NCBI GenBank assembly: GCA_015069185.1
Contig: SVJB01000008.1
Coordinates: forward strand, 3,273 to 67,272
DNA: 64,000 nucleotides
Source: Oscillospiraceae bacterium
GTDB lineage: Bacteria; Bacillota; Clostridia; UBA1212; UBA1255
Reading direction: 5' to 3'
Made by a program: the position numbers and the translations under genes. Positions 40,003-48,715 of this stretch are shown piece after piece. The notes below the pieces were generated by a model. It searched no databases and was not told the DNA's origin. It worked only from the letters and a program-made list of their open reading frames with translations. Position 1 is the stretch's first letter. Each line of letters begins with the position of its first letter.

Positions 40003-40517
40003 CATGTTATATGCGGGATTACATTCATGACAAGGTTGTTACAATAAAGAGAATATATAAGACAAATGATCCTTATGAGCTTGCAGATGCACTTGGGGTT
40101 ACGATTGCGTATCGTAATAACTTTAAAATACTTAAAGGTTATTTTATTATGATGAATGGTTATCCTTATATTGTTGTGAATGCAAATCTTGATTATAATG
40201 AACAACGCATGATAGTGGCTCACGAATTAGGACATTATCTTTTTCATAAAGAGATGGCACTTTCCGGGCCACTGCATGACACATTTCTCTATGATATGAA
40301 GTCAACAACTGAATATGAAGCTAATATGTTTGCGGCAGATTTTCTTGTTGACGATGAGACGATAGAGGACTTTGCGGAGCAAGGATTTGATTATTATACT
40401 ATGTGCGGATTGCTTATGCTGAGCCCTGAGATGACAGCGTTTAAGCTTTATAACATGATACAGCGAGGCTACAAATACAATTTACCTCAAAGTGTCAGGG
40501 CTAATATTTTTGCCTGA
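39999..40517 (+). CDS. ImmA/IrrE-family zinc metalloprotease
   Basis: HExxH in MIVAHELGHYLFH followed by EYEANMFAADFL. Its start overlaps the XRE stop, using either TTG 39999 or ATG 40011. Confidence 0.8.
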   Translation: MTCYMRDYIHDKVVTIKRIYKTNDPYELADALGVTIAYRNNFKILKGYFIMMNGYPYIVVNANLDYNEQRMIVAHELGHYLFHKEMALSGPLHDTFLYDMKSTTEYEANMFAADFLVDDETIEDFAEQGFDYYTMCGLLMLSPEMTAFKLYNMIQRGYKYNLPQSVRANIFA

Positions 40518-40526
40518 ATATAATTA

Positions 40527-41099
40527 TTATTTTATATATGATTTTTCTATCAACTGTAGCTGTAGTTCCAATTCCGCAGGGGAAAATGGGATGAGCGTGT
40601 TGTGCTTGCTGATTCCCTCCAGGCAAGTAAGTATATGTATAGCGGTGTCCCTTGGTTTTTCACAGTGGAAATCATTAGAAGATACACCTAATTCTAAAAT
40701 TTGTGCAATTATTGTTATAGCAGTCTCTGCTCGTTCTATAAGAAGTTGCTTGTTTTCCGGTGATTCAGAGGCAAAGTCTGTAATACAGTTGTCTATGCAT
40801 TTTTCTGTATCTGTAACCTTCAATGCACGAGAACGTATGAAGTTTTTCAATAATTTGTCTGGTGAGACTTTATTCTGAATAGCTTTTTCCAGAGATTCGT
40901 GAGCTTGTCGTTGTTCTTCTTTAAGTATGCCGGTGAAGATTTCTGAAGTTGAGCCGAAATGGCGATATAGTCCGCCTCGGGAAATATTACAGGCTATGCA
41001 AATGTCATTCATAGTGACATTTGCATAGCCTTTTGTTGTGAACAGAGTTTGTGCAGTCTGTAATATTTTTAGTTTTGTCGTTTCACCTTTTAAGCTCAT
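40527..41099 (-). CDS. TetR/AcrR-family transcriptional regulator
   Basis: ILQTAQTLFTTKGYANVTMNDICIACNISRGGLYRHFGS HTH. Confidence 0.85.
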   Translation of the reverse strand: MSLKGETTKLKILQTAQTLFTTKGYANVTMNDICIACNISRGGLYRHFGSTSEIFTGILKEEQRQAHESLEKAIQNKVSPDKLLKNFIRSRALKVTDTEKCIDNCITDFASESPENKQLLIERAETAITIIAQILELGVSSNDFHCEKPRDTAIHILTCLEGISKHNTLIPFSPAELELQLQLIEKSYIK

Positions 41100-41130
41100 T
41101 TTTTAATACCTGCCTTCAAGGTGAAGTATA

Positions 41131-42564
41131 TCATTGTTTCTTTGATTCATCAATACAGTCTCGAACTACTTCTTCTGTATAGTTGCGTGGCATCTTAAAG
41201 CATGCAAAGAATCCAATGATACATACAATGCTTACTATTGCAGGGACAAGAGATACGCCGACCTTCCATGTCTCATCGACAACCTTAACTCCATCGATTA
41301 CCTTAGGTGTACAAATATTTTTGATGTATTCATATACAAGACCCATTGATACGGCGCTAACGATTGATGTGGTTAAGGTCTGCATTGCGTAATACATGCC
41401 AGCGTGATCTTTTCCTGTAATTTTGTATTCCATAGCTGCAATCTGTGATGGAATCATGTAAGGTGTTGAGAAGAAAGCACCTATTGCGAAGCTTCCTATA
41501 ACGCTACCTACACAACCAATAATAATTCGTGTTGTTGGAGAGTGGGGGAAGAGATATTCACTACCTACACAGAAATTAAGTATTGCTACTGCAAAACAAA
41601 TCATACAAACCTGATAGCTGAAACGAATGCCTTTTTTCTTTATCAGCTTATAATAAATGAATAGCATTATTGGAACAGGCGCAAACGCACATGTATTCAT
41701 AATAGCTGCAATAGAAGCGTCAAGATTCATTACTCCGGAGATTAATGTGTTTTGTGCAGATAAGAACATGTTAAGACCGAAAAATGCACATGAATTAGGA
41801 ATAAGCCAATATAAGAAAAGTTTGTTTTTCAGTGTCATTTTAAGGCTTGTACCGAGACTTACGCGAGCCTCCTTAAGATATTCACGACCTTCGCCATATT
41901 TATCGCCTTCTTTAATTATGAAAAGTGGAATAAGTACAGTGATAAGTAAAGGTGAAGCGCAGATAACAAGAGTACGGATGTTTATGCCTTTGCCAATAAA
42001 AACAGGAATGAGAGCGTAAACAATGCAGTAACCGATAGTTTCAAAGAATGATTTGAAGTTACCGACTCTGATTCTTTGATCTTCGTCTTTACAAATACTG
42101 GAAAGACTTCCATAAAATGTCATAACTGTAAGAGTGTATGCTGCAAAGAAAATAAGCAGCATTACTGTGACCCAGATTGTATTAACAACACTGTTTTCTT
42201 TCCACTGTAAAGGGGTCCAAGCCAATAAATAGCTTATTGCCATAGGGATGAAGGCAATTATGTATGCAGGTCTGCGGCGACCCCATCTTGTACGAAGGTT
42301 GTCTGTGAAAGAAGCAAGCGGAATATCAACAAGACCGTCGAATACTTTACCCACCATCCATAGAACACCAAAGAGTGCAGGCGTAACCAATGCATATCCT
42401 GATAAACTCCAGTTTTCAATATCGGCTGTAAGTCCAGCAGGATTCATACTGTCTGTGAAATAAGCTGTAAGGAGTACCATGAGAATGTTAGGACCAAATG
42501 TAGATCCAGCATACAGGAATTCCTTCCATCTTTTGTTAAGTGATACCATTTTTCTTTTCTCCAT
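41131..42564 (-). CDS. MFS/GPH-family (glycoside-pentoside-hexuronide:cation symporter-like) transporter
   Basis: About 12 TM helices. The N-terminal DGLVDIPLASFTDNLRTRWGRRRP loop is typical of MelB/GPH transporters. Confidence 0.65.
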   Translation of the reverse strand: MEKRKMVSLNKRWKEFLYAGSTFGPNILMVLLTAYFTDSMNPAGLTADIENWSLSGYALVTPALFGVLWMVGKVFDGLVDIPLASFTDNLRTRWGRRRPAYIIAFIPMAISYLLAWTPLQWKENSVVNTIWVTVMLLIFFAAYTLTVMTFYGSLSSICKDEDQRIRVGNFKSFFETIGYCIVYALIPVFIGKGINIRTLVICASPLLITVLIPLFIIKEGDKYGEGREYLKEARVSLGTSLKMTLKNKLFLYWLIPNSCAFFGLNMFLSAQNTLISGVMNLDASIAAIMNTCAFAPVPIMLFIYYKLIKKKGIRFSYQVCMICFAVAILNFCVGSEYLFPHSPTTRIIIGCVGSVIGSFAIGAFFSTPYMIPSQIAAMEYKITGKDHAGMYYAMQTLTTSIVSAVSMGLVYEYIKNICTPKVIDGVKVVDETWKVGVSLVPAIVSIVCIIGFFACFKMPRNYTEEVVRDCIDESKKQ

Positions 42565-42580
42565 TAATATAGTTACATGT

Positions 42581-42606
42581 AAAAAGCGACATGCGTGTCG
42601 CTTTTT
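42581..42606 (-). terminator. Rho-independent terminator after the U32 peptidase gene
   Basis: AAAAGCGACA (42581-42590), loop TGCG, TGTCGCTTTT (42595-42604); U-run on either strand. Confidence 0.7.
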
Positions 42607-42610
42607 CTGA

Positions 42611-42639
42611 GAGTATATAGTATTACGCTAGTAAAGTCA
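42611..42639 (-). promoter_or_regulatory. SigA-type promoter for the transporter-TetR operon
   Basis: The minus strand reads TTGACT (complement of 42634-42639), a 17-nt spacer, then TATACT (complement of 42611-42616). Confidence 0.5.
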
Positions 42640-42643
42640 ACCA

Positions 42644-45127
42644 TTAAATGGATAAAATATTATAACGGGCAATTAGATTTACAGCTGGTATTTTTTGCCT
42701 TTTTAAAGGTTCACTCAGAAGTAGGTTGTGACAATCTTTGCCAAGGCTTTTCACAATAAAAGTATTTGAATTTGTATCAGTAAGCTTCCTGATATAAGAA
42801 GAACTATCTGCTTTCCTGCATTGCTTGCATTTTCCGTCGGAGAGCAGGCAGTAGCGCATACGCATAAGTGTAATAGGGCCGGAAACAATATACTCTGCTT
42901 GTCCTTTGTTAATATTTTTTCTGTTTGCAATACATTCATTGACTTGACTTGCGCTTAGCTCCGGCGATAATGTTACACAGCTAATACCGAGACTTGTGTA
43001 GAAATCCAAAGCTTGCTTGTTGTACACGTTAAACGAATGATCTGCTGTAAGTATATATTTTTTGTCGGATAGGCATCTGGTCGCAAATTCGGCAAATAAC
43101 TGTATATCACCGGGGTTTGATAGCATATAGCCGTCAACATGGGGGGCGGCACTCTGTATCTGGCTTAATATTTCTTTGTAATTATTGCCAATATTTATAT
43201 ATGGAAAATACGTAAGTAACAGCGATTTATCCGGTAGCTTACTCATTTTTTGTTTACACATAAGCGCTAATGATTCTTTTTCGAATACTAACATAGGCAG
43301 ATACACGGTAACCGGTCTAGTTATGTTACTCAAATCGTAACGCAGGAAATCGTTATAATTGTAAAAATACAAAGATGTGTCTGGTAGCTTTACAGTATTT
43401 TCTACAAATTCCTGTATTTGAGTCAAGTTGTAAGTAGGGTAGCTATTACTATTTTTTGCTATTTTTGCAAGTCTGATGTTTATGTAAAGCTGCTCTATAG
43501 CATCTCTTCTTAATTTTTTTATTTCTGACATTGGCAAGAAGATGTTTTCGTCTATGTCAAGCGATATATCTGTACACGTAAAACTTGTGTTGCCCAGTTT
43601 TGATATTTCGCTTTTAATACTATCAGATGATACGGGAGTGTTAGTTGCCGGCTGTACATCCATCTTTCCCATGGCAGTAGCGCTAATATTTTCAAATGTA
43701 TATGTTAATGTTGGCTTGCTACCTGTTTTTGCCATAAAATGGGCAGTAATAGTTGATTTTGTTCTGATGTATCCATCTTTCATAATCAGATGTATATCAT
43801 CGTAAAGTTGACTGCTGAATGTGTAATATACTGGGGCCGCAACTGTTTTTTCTGTGAAAAAGTAATTATCCTCAACAGTTCCGGCTACTGTTATGTGGAT
43901 AGAATTGGTGTTTTTTTCTATCTTGTTTATACTACCGCCGGCAAGTATCTTGCCCCTAAGTATGGTAATTCCATCTCCGTTTTTAAGTCCACAGTCGGAT
44001 CCTTTTACTTTGATTCTGAAAAGTGTCAGATTTTTAGGCATTCCCTTGGGTGAAGCCAGTTTAGTAGGTGCTTCCGTAATTGTGCCAAGGAATAACCCTT
44101 TACGGCCTGAATAGTCTAAAGTAATTGCATCTTGTTGCATTAATCCGAAGTGGTTGCCACTTATAAATGTATCTCGGCCAAAGAGAAGCTGCATGTTTGT
44201 AAGGCTAGTGCTATTTTCACCGGGATTAATCTTTGAGGTACCGTATCTGGCATAATTATCCAGCGCGTTTCTGTATTGACGGGTCACGTATGCAACGTAT
44301 TCAGGTGATTTGAGACGGCCTTCTATCTTAAGGGAGTGAACACCTGTAGCAATTAATTCGTCGAGATAATTCAATGTTGCTATGTCTGACGGGCTAAGCT
44401 TATAGTTGAATTTACTTATCTGTGAAAATTCATCCGGTTGAAATGCATATTTTAGTCGGCAAGGACCGGCGCATGTACCACGATTGCCGCTGCGGGGGAG
44501 AGTGGTATATGTTTTGCTACCTTCGATGCCACCACTTAAGTAGCTACTGAGCAAACACTGACCTGATAATGATATGCAAAGTGCTCCATGACAGAAGAAT
44601 TCTATGTCCATAATATTCTCGTGGCACATTTCTGCGAGTTCTGTAAGTCTGAGCTCACGAGCGGTGATGCATCTATCAAAGCCTAGGGACTTTAAGAATT
44701 TTAGTCCGCTTACATTGTATATACTCATCTGTGTGCTTGCATGAATCTCCAGTGGAAGGCTTGAGGGGAATTTGCGGCGATGCTCAAGGAGCTTGATACC
44801 AAGGCCCATATCCTGGATAATGAGTGCATCTACACCCAGCTCTGCTGCTTTGAGTGCGCTGTCTATGGTGTCTTGTATTTCGTTGTCATTTACTAATGTA
44901 TTTAAGGTAAGAAAAACTTTAACGCCGTAGCTATGGGCATAAGATACGGCGTCTTCTAATGTTGCGAAATCAAAATTTTCAGCTCCGATGCGAGCATTGT
45001 TAGACTTTAGTCCCAGATATACTGCGTCTGCTCCGCCTTGTACTGCCGCTTTGAGACATTCATAAGAACCTGCAGGGGCGAGAAGCTCAGGTAGCTTCTT
45101 TGCGTCGGAAAAACTACTTGTGTTCAT
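42644..45127 (-). CDS. U32-family peptidase, long form
   Basis: LPELLAPAGSYECLKAAVQGGADAVYLG N-terminus and a GTCAGPCR Cys-containing region typical of U32 proteins; 827 aa, downstream of zapA. Confidence 0.8.
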   Translation of the reverse strand: MNTSSFSDAKKLPELLAPAGSYECLKAAVQGGADAVYLGLKSNNARIGAENFDFATLEDAVSYAHSYGVKVFLTLNTLVNDNEIQDTIDSALKAAELGVDALIIQDMGLGIKLLEHRRKFPSSLPLEIHASTQMSIYNVSGLKFLKSLGFDRCITARELRLTELAEMCHENIMDIEFFCHGALCISLSGQCLLSSYLSGGIEGSKTYTTLPRSGNRGTCAGPCRLKYAFQPDEFSQISKFNYKLSPSDIATLNYLDELIATGVHSLKIEGRLKSPEYVAYVTRQYRNALDNYARYGTSKINPGENSTSLTNMQLLFGRDTFISGNHFGLMQQDAITLDYSGRKGLFLGTITEAPTKLASPKGMPKNLTLFRIKVKGSDCGLKNGDGITILRGKILAGGSINKIEKNTNSIHITVAGTVEDNYFFTEKTVAAPVYYTFSSQLYDDIHLIMKDGYIRTKSTITAHFMAKTGSKPTLTYTFENISATAMGKMDVQPATNTPVSSDSIKSEISKLGNTSFTCTDISLDIDENIFLPMSEIKKLRRDAIEQLYINIRLAKIAKNSNSYPTYNLTQIQEFVENTVKLPDTSLYFYNYNDFLRYDLSNITRPVTVYLPMLVFEKESLALMCKQKMSKLPDKSLLLTYFPYINIGNNYKEILSQIQSAAPHVDGYMLSNPGDIQLFAEFATRCLSDKKYILTADHSFNVYNKQALDFYTSLGISCVTLSPELSASQVNECIANRKNINKGQAEYIVSGPITLMRMRYCLLSDGKCKQCRKADSSSYIRKLTDTNSNTFIVKSLGKDCHNLLLSEPLKRQKIPAVNLIARYNILSI

Positions 45128-45132
45128 TAATA

Positions 45133-45498
45133 TTAATATCCTTGTTTTGCAATAATAAGTTGCTTGTTCAGATTATCAATCTGGTTTTCTGCGTTTGTCA
45201 GCTGATCTTCCAGATCCTGCTTCTCGATCTTAAGACGATCATATTCGTCCATCATTCTCTTAATCTCGTTCTTTAATGTGTTAAAGTTCTTTTGTGTTTT
45301 AAAAAGCTCATCTACAATTGAGATAGATGCCATAATAACGGCAGTATGTTCGCCTAGCTGAATGCCACTCTTAGATGCTGCGGATACGCGAGTGTTGAGA
45401 AAATGTTCAATTCTTCTCATGTAATCCTCAGGCTCGTCATGTAAGAGAGTGTATATCTTGCCGTTAATATTAAGTTTTATTCTGCTTTTTTCAGCCAT
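45133..45498 (-). CDS. zapA: Cell division protein ZapA
   Basis: 121 aa. IKLNINGKIYTLLHDEPEDYMRRIEHFLN plus a C-terminal coiled coil. Confidence 0.75.
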   Translation of the reverse strand: MAEKSRIKLNINGKIYTLLHDEPEDYMRRIEHFLNTRVSAASKSGIQLGEHTAVIMASISIVDELFKTQKNFNTLKNEIKRMMDEYDRLKIEKQDLEDQLTNAENQIDNLNKQLIIAKQGY

Positions 45499-45576
45499 TT
45501 CGCATTTCCTTCCACAATATATAGTTAAGTATATGATATCAAAAAAATGGAAATATGTACAGAGGTATTCTTTGGC

Positions 45577-46638
45577 TTATTTCATGATTTTTGTCAGTAA
45601 ATCACGGAGAAATTCTAATAGCCATGGAGTTATTACAAAAGATCCAGCCAATATCAGCCAATCGTAAATAGGAAGTTTAAAACTTCTTCGGTATACAAAA
45701 TATGCAGAAGTGGCAATAATACTACCTAATATTACTGACCAGGCAAATCCTACGGTGGTGAAAGTAAGGTCAATCCACATAAATATTCCTACAGGTATTG
45801 CAACTTTGTATCCAAACCATGAATTAGAAATACCGCCAATATTTTCAGCTTTTTTTCGATTAAACGACAGAAACATACCTATGAAAGCTGTTACACCTAA
45901 AATTATCCAGAAGAAATACCCGAAAAATATTTCAGCGCTGTTGAAGAAGTTGGGTGATTCTGCTTTAACACTATTTCTGAGTATTTTGTCAATAGAATTA
46001 AACAGTTCTTCTAATGGCATAACAACCGAAAACCAATTAGAATAAAATTTGTCATTTTTTTCACATAATATATTTATTAGTGTACTATCTGAAAAGAAGG
46101 TCGATATTATAGAAAATATAGTCCATATTATCTGGAAGAATATTCCGTCAATATGATTGCTTGCTGAGACATACAAAAATGAATGAAATGAATAAAATGC
46201 AAGTATAAGCGATAGAGATATAAAATATATCGTTAAAAGATATTCGTAGTTGCTTGAGTTATAAAACGCAGAAAACGTTTCGTAAATTAGCGCAAGGTAT
46301 GACGTTGTATATGCGCAAAAAATATGAATTAAGCCATTAAGATAATGGGCAAGGAGAAGTTTTGTGCGACTGAGAGGGAAGGAAAATACCGCATCAATAT
46401 TGCGCTTTGAAGTGAATGGTTTGAATTCCATTGCAGGCATTATAATCACTAAAGCAAATAGTATAAATAAAATGGAGGCATGACCATATGTGGAGTAGAG
46501 CAAAGTCACGCCTTCATAATAGTAAGAGCTCGTATCAATGCAGAGCAAAGCGAAACAAAAAGAAAAAATAGACAATATAAGTAGTCTGAGCCACGTTGTG
46601 CTGAATCTATGCCAAAAATATCTGCCGAAAGTTTTCAT
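45577..46638 (-). CDS. ABC-2-like membrane permease component
   Basis: Polytopic 353-aa membrane protein; its start overlaps the stop of the ATPase gene. Confidence 0.5.
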   Translation of the reverse strand: MKTFGRYFWHRFSTTWLRLLILSIFSFCFALLCIDTSSYYYEGVTLLYSTYGHASILFILFALVIIMPAMEFKPFTSKRNIDAVFSFPLSRTKLLLAHYLNGLIHIFCAYTTSYLALIYETFSAFYNSSNYEYLLTIYFISLSLILAFYSFHSFLYVSASNHIDGIFFQIIWTIFSIISTFFSDSTLINILCEKNDKFYSNWFSVVMPLEELFNSIDKILRNSVKAESPNFFNSAEIFFGYFFWIILGVTAFIGMFLSFNRKKAENIGGISNSWFGYKVAIPVGIFMWIDLTFTTVGFAWSVILGSIIATSAYFVYRRSFKLPIYDWLILAGSFVITPWLLEFLRDLLTKIMK

Positions 46639-47522
46639 TTTCTGTCTCCTTTCTTTGTCGTAACATCGTATATGAAAGTCTCTTCAAAGTTCATTTTCAT
46701 CTCATCCATTACTGTGGGGTTCAAGCTCTTTAAAATAGCTTCTATTGTGTCTTTGTCAGCGTCAAGAATGATTTGTACAAATTTGCCGTTAATTTCCAGA
46801 TAACTTGCAGGAATCGCCTCAAGTAATTTGATTGGTACTTCTCCTGCAAAAGCAAGCTGATATTTATGAAGGTTGCTGACTCTTTCAGAAATATCACCAG
46901 AGCTTGACACAGTGTGATTATCTATCAAAGCATACATATCGCAAAAATCTTCAAGTTCTCTGAGGGAGTGACTGGAAATAATTACCGTGGTATCGTTTTC
47001 TTCTACGTATTGATTTATGGTATCTCTGAATTGTTTTCTGGCCAAAGGATCAAGTCCGTCAAAAGCCTCGTCCAGTAATAAATAGTCGGGCTTTATAGCC
47101 ATTGCTAATGCTACGAACACCTGTCTGCGCATACCCTTTGAAAAGTTTCTCAGTGGTTTTTTCTTATTCAAGTTGTATTTATTTAATATGGAATCGAATA
47201 AAGTAGTGTCGGCTGTAGGGTATAGTGTTTTGTACAGCTTAAAAATAGAGTCTCCTGTTGATGACATTGTGTAATACGGATCGTCTGCAAGGAAAAATAT
47301 TTTTTCTCGCGTTTTTTCATTTTGTGGATTTTCGTTTCCGTTATACAAAATCTCACCACTGTCTGGCTTATAAACGCCTGAAAGAAGTCTCAAAAGTGTG
47401 GTTTTTCCTGCTCCGTTTATGCCGACAAGTCCCATTATGCACCCATCGGGGATTTCTAAATTCACGTTTTCCAATATTTTGTTGCCTCCAAGAGAATGGG
47501 ATAGATTTTTTATCTCAATCAC
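46635..47522 (-). CDS. ABC transporter ATP-binding protein
   Basis: Walker A GINGAGKTT, signature FSKGMRRQV, Walker B LLLDEAFDGLD. Confidence 0.88.
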   Translation of the reverse strand: MIEIKNLSHSLGGNKILENVNLEIPDGCIMGLVGINGAGKTTLLRLLSGVYKPDSGEILYNGNENPQNEKTREKIFFLADDPYYTMSSTGDSIFKLYKTLYPTADTTLFDSILNKYNLNKKKPLRNFSKGMRRQVFVALAMAIKPDYLLLDEAFDGLDPLARKQFRDTINQYVEENDTTVIISSHSLRELEDFCDMYALIDNHTVSSSGDISERVSNLHKYQLAFAGEVPIKLLEAIPASYLEINGKFVQIILDADKDTIEAILKSLNPTVMDEMKMNFEETFIYDVTTKKGDRK

Positions 47523-47910
47523 GACGATACACCTCCTCGATAATTTCCAATAGCTTTTCTTTTGTAATTCCGCTTTTTTTCAAAGCGATAACTGTATTTT
47601 CACAGATAGTCCATAGTGGGTTGTTTTCCGGTGAAAAATTTTCTGTTTCCTGCGTACTTTCTGCCTCCGTGTTTTGTGGAGTATAGGTAACATATGCTCC
47701 TTTTTTGGGAAGTGCGCATACATAGCCCCATTCTTCTAAGAGTGCGTAGGCTTTTGCAGCGGTGTTGGGATTTATTCCCAGCTCACCGGCGACGCTACGT
47801 ACTGACGGCAGTTTATCAGACTGCACATATACGCCGGCTTGAATAAGCTTCTTGTAGTAATCAGCAACTTCAATGTATACATCTTGTTTTCCCGGAAAAT
47901 TGAATTTCAT
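47515..47910 (-). CDS. GntR-family (YtrA-like, short) transcriptional regulator
   Basis: KLPSVRSVAGELGINPNTAAKAYALLEEWGYV wHTH. ATG 47910 follows a GAAGGG RBS. The longer track start at 47982 falls inside the promoter -35. Confidence 0.8.
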   Translation of the reverse strand: MKFNFPGKQDVYIEVADYYKKLIQAGVYVQSDKLPSVRSVAGELGINPNTAAKAYALLEEWGYVCALPKKGAYVTYTPQNTEAESTQETENFSPENNPLWTICENTVIALKKSGITKEKLLEIIEEVYRRD

Positions 47911-47953
47911 TTTACAACCCTTCTGTGCTATCTGTATTATCTGTATTAATGCA

Positions 47954-47982
47954 AGTATTACACATCGGATCAGAGTTGTCAA
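47954..47982 (-). promoter_or_regulatory. SigA-type promoter for the GntR-ABC operon
   Basis: The minus strand reads TTGACA (complement of 47977-47982), a 17-nt spacer ending in TGT, then AATACT (complement of 47954-47959). Confidence 0.45.
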
Positions 47983-48026
47983 GAGTTTTTTGTGATAATT
48001 GACATGGATTACACATGCGCTATATC

Positions 48027-48050
48027 AATGTTAGTTGTAAAACTAACATT
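48027..48050. promoter_or_regulatory. Perfect 10-4-10 palindrome (possible operator)
   Basis: AATGTTAGTT-GTAA-AACTAACATT. Confidence 0.4.
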
Positions 48051-48080
48051 TTATTGAAAAATATAAGACTATAGCGTTTG

Positions 48081-48336
48081 GTTTTTGAATCTTCCCGGCA
48101 AAATTTCAAAAACCAACAGAAATAAACTTGCTGTAACCTGCTAATTACACTGTAGTTTTTGAATTTTCCCAGTAGAATTTCAAAAACTAGCAGAAATAAA
48201 CTTACTGTAACCTGCTAATTACACTGTAGTTTTTGAATTTTCCCAGTAGAATTTCAAAAACCAGCAGAAATAAACTTGCTGTAACCTGCTAATTACACTG
48301 TAGTTTTTGAATTTTCCCAGTAGAATTTCAAAAACT
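48081..48336. repeat. 74-bp tandem direct repeat, about 3.4 copies, each with an internal hairpin
   Basis: Units start at 48081, 48155, 48229 and 48303 (the last is partial). Copies 2 and 3 differ at 2 positions, and copy 1 is more diverged. Each unit begins GTTTTTGAA...TTCAAAAAC. Confidence 0.9.
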
Positions 48337-48422
48337 AAAAAGTATTTTATGCTAGATGAAAAAGCTATACAGTTGCGTTTAGTTTTTCAAATAAGAAAGC
48401 AAGTTAAAAGTGAATTTTTTTA

Positions 48423-48451
48423 TTGACAGGGTCAACTTTGAATAGTATAAT
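48423..48451 (+). promoter_or_regulatory. Consensus SigA promoter of tRNA-Arg
   Basis: TTGACA (48423-48428), 17-nt spacer, TATAAT (48446-48451); the tRNA starts 10 nt downstream. Confidence 0.8.
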
Positions 48452-48460
48452 GCAAGCCAT

Positions 48461-48534
48461 GCGCCCGTAGCTCAATTGGATAGAGCGTCTGGCTACGGAC
48501 CAGAAGGTTGTGGATTCGATCTCTGCCGGGCGCG
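48461..48534 (+). tRNA. tRNA-Arg (anticodon ACG)
   Basis: The sequence folds by hand into a 74-nt cloverleaf. The acceptor is GCGCCCG/CGGGCGC. The anticodon arm is TCTGG-CTACGGA-CCAGA. The T arm is GTGGA-TTCGATC-TCTGC. No CCA is encoded. Confidence 0.92.
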
Positions 48535-48542
48535 CTGGTAAG

Positions 48543-48577
48543 AAGCCTTGCAAACATGTGGTTTGTGAGGCTTTTTT
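48543..48577 (+). terminator. Rho-independent terminator after tRNA-Arg
   Basis: AAGCCTTGCAAAC...GTTTGTGAGGCTT followed by TTTTT. Confidence 0.7.
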
Positions 48578-48661
48578 GTTGCGTGAAAATCCTGACGGGA
48601 ACGGGCGAGGTCAACAAAAAGGTCAACAACTCTCTTGATTTGCATAGAAAGAGAGAGGTAT

Positions 48662-48715
48662 ATGGCAACTATTTATCAAAACAAAAAAGACGGAAAAATT
48701 GTATCATTTACATAG
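48662..48715 (+). pseudogene. 17-codon stub resembling the N-terminus of a tyrosine integrase (Arm-binding domain)
   Basis: An AGAGAGAGG RBS precedes MATIYQNKKDGKIVSFT*. This resembles the M-x-I-x-x-Y-K-K-K-D-G start of many Firmicute phage/ICE integrases, and it sits 130 bp after a tRNA. The evidence is thin. Confidence 0.3.

Noticed and set aside
40492-40878. 128-aa plus-strand ORF.
   Set aside because: It lies antisense to the TetR regulator gene, which has a clear HTH motif.
47911-47982. 24-codon N-terminal extension of the GntR regulator.
   Set aside because: The upstream ATG coincides with the predicted -35 hexamer. ATG 47910 has an RBS and gives a typical short YtrA-like length.
48081-48336. 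Possible CRISPR array (regularly spaced hairpin-forming repeats).
   Set aside because: The segments between the hairpins are themselves repeated almost identically, so there are no unique spacers. The period is 74 bp with only 3.4 units, and no cas genes lie in the window. I treat it as a tandem repeat instead.
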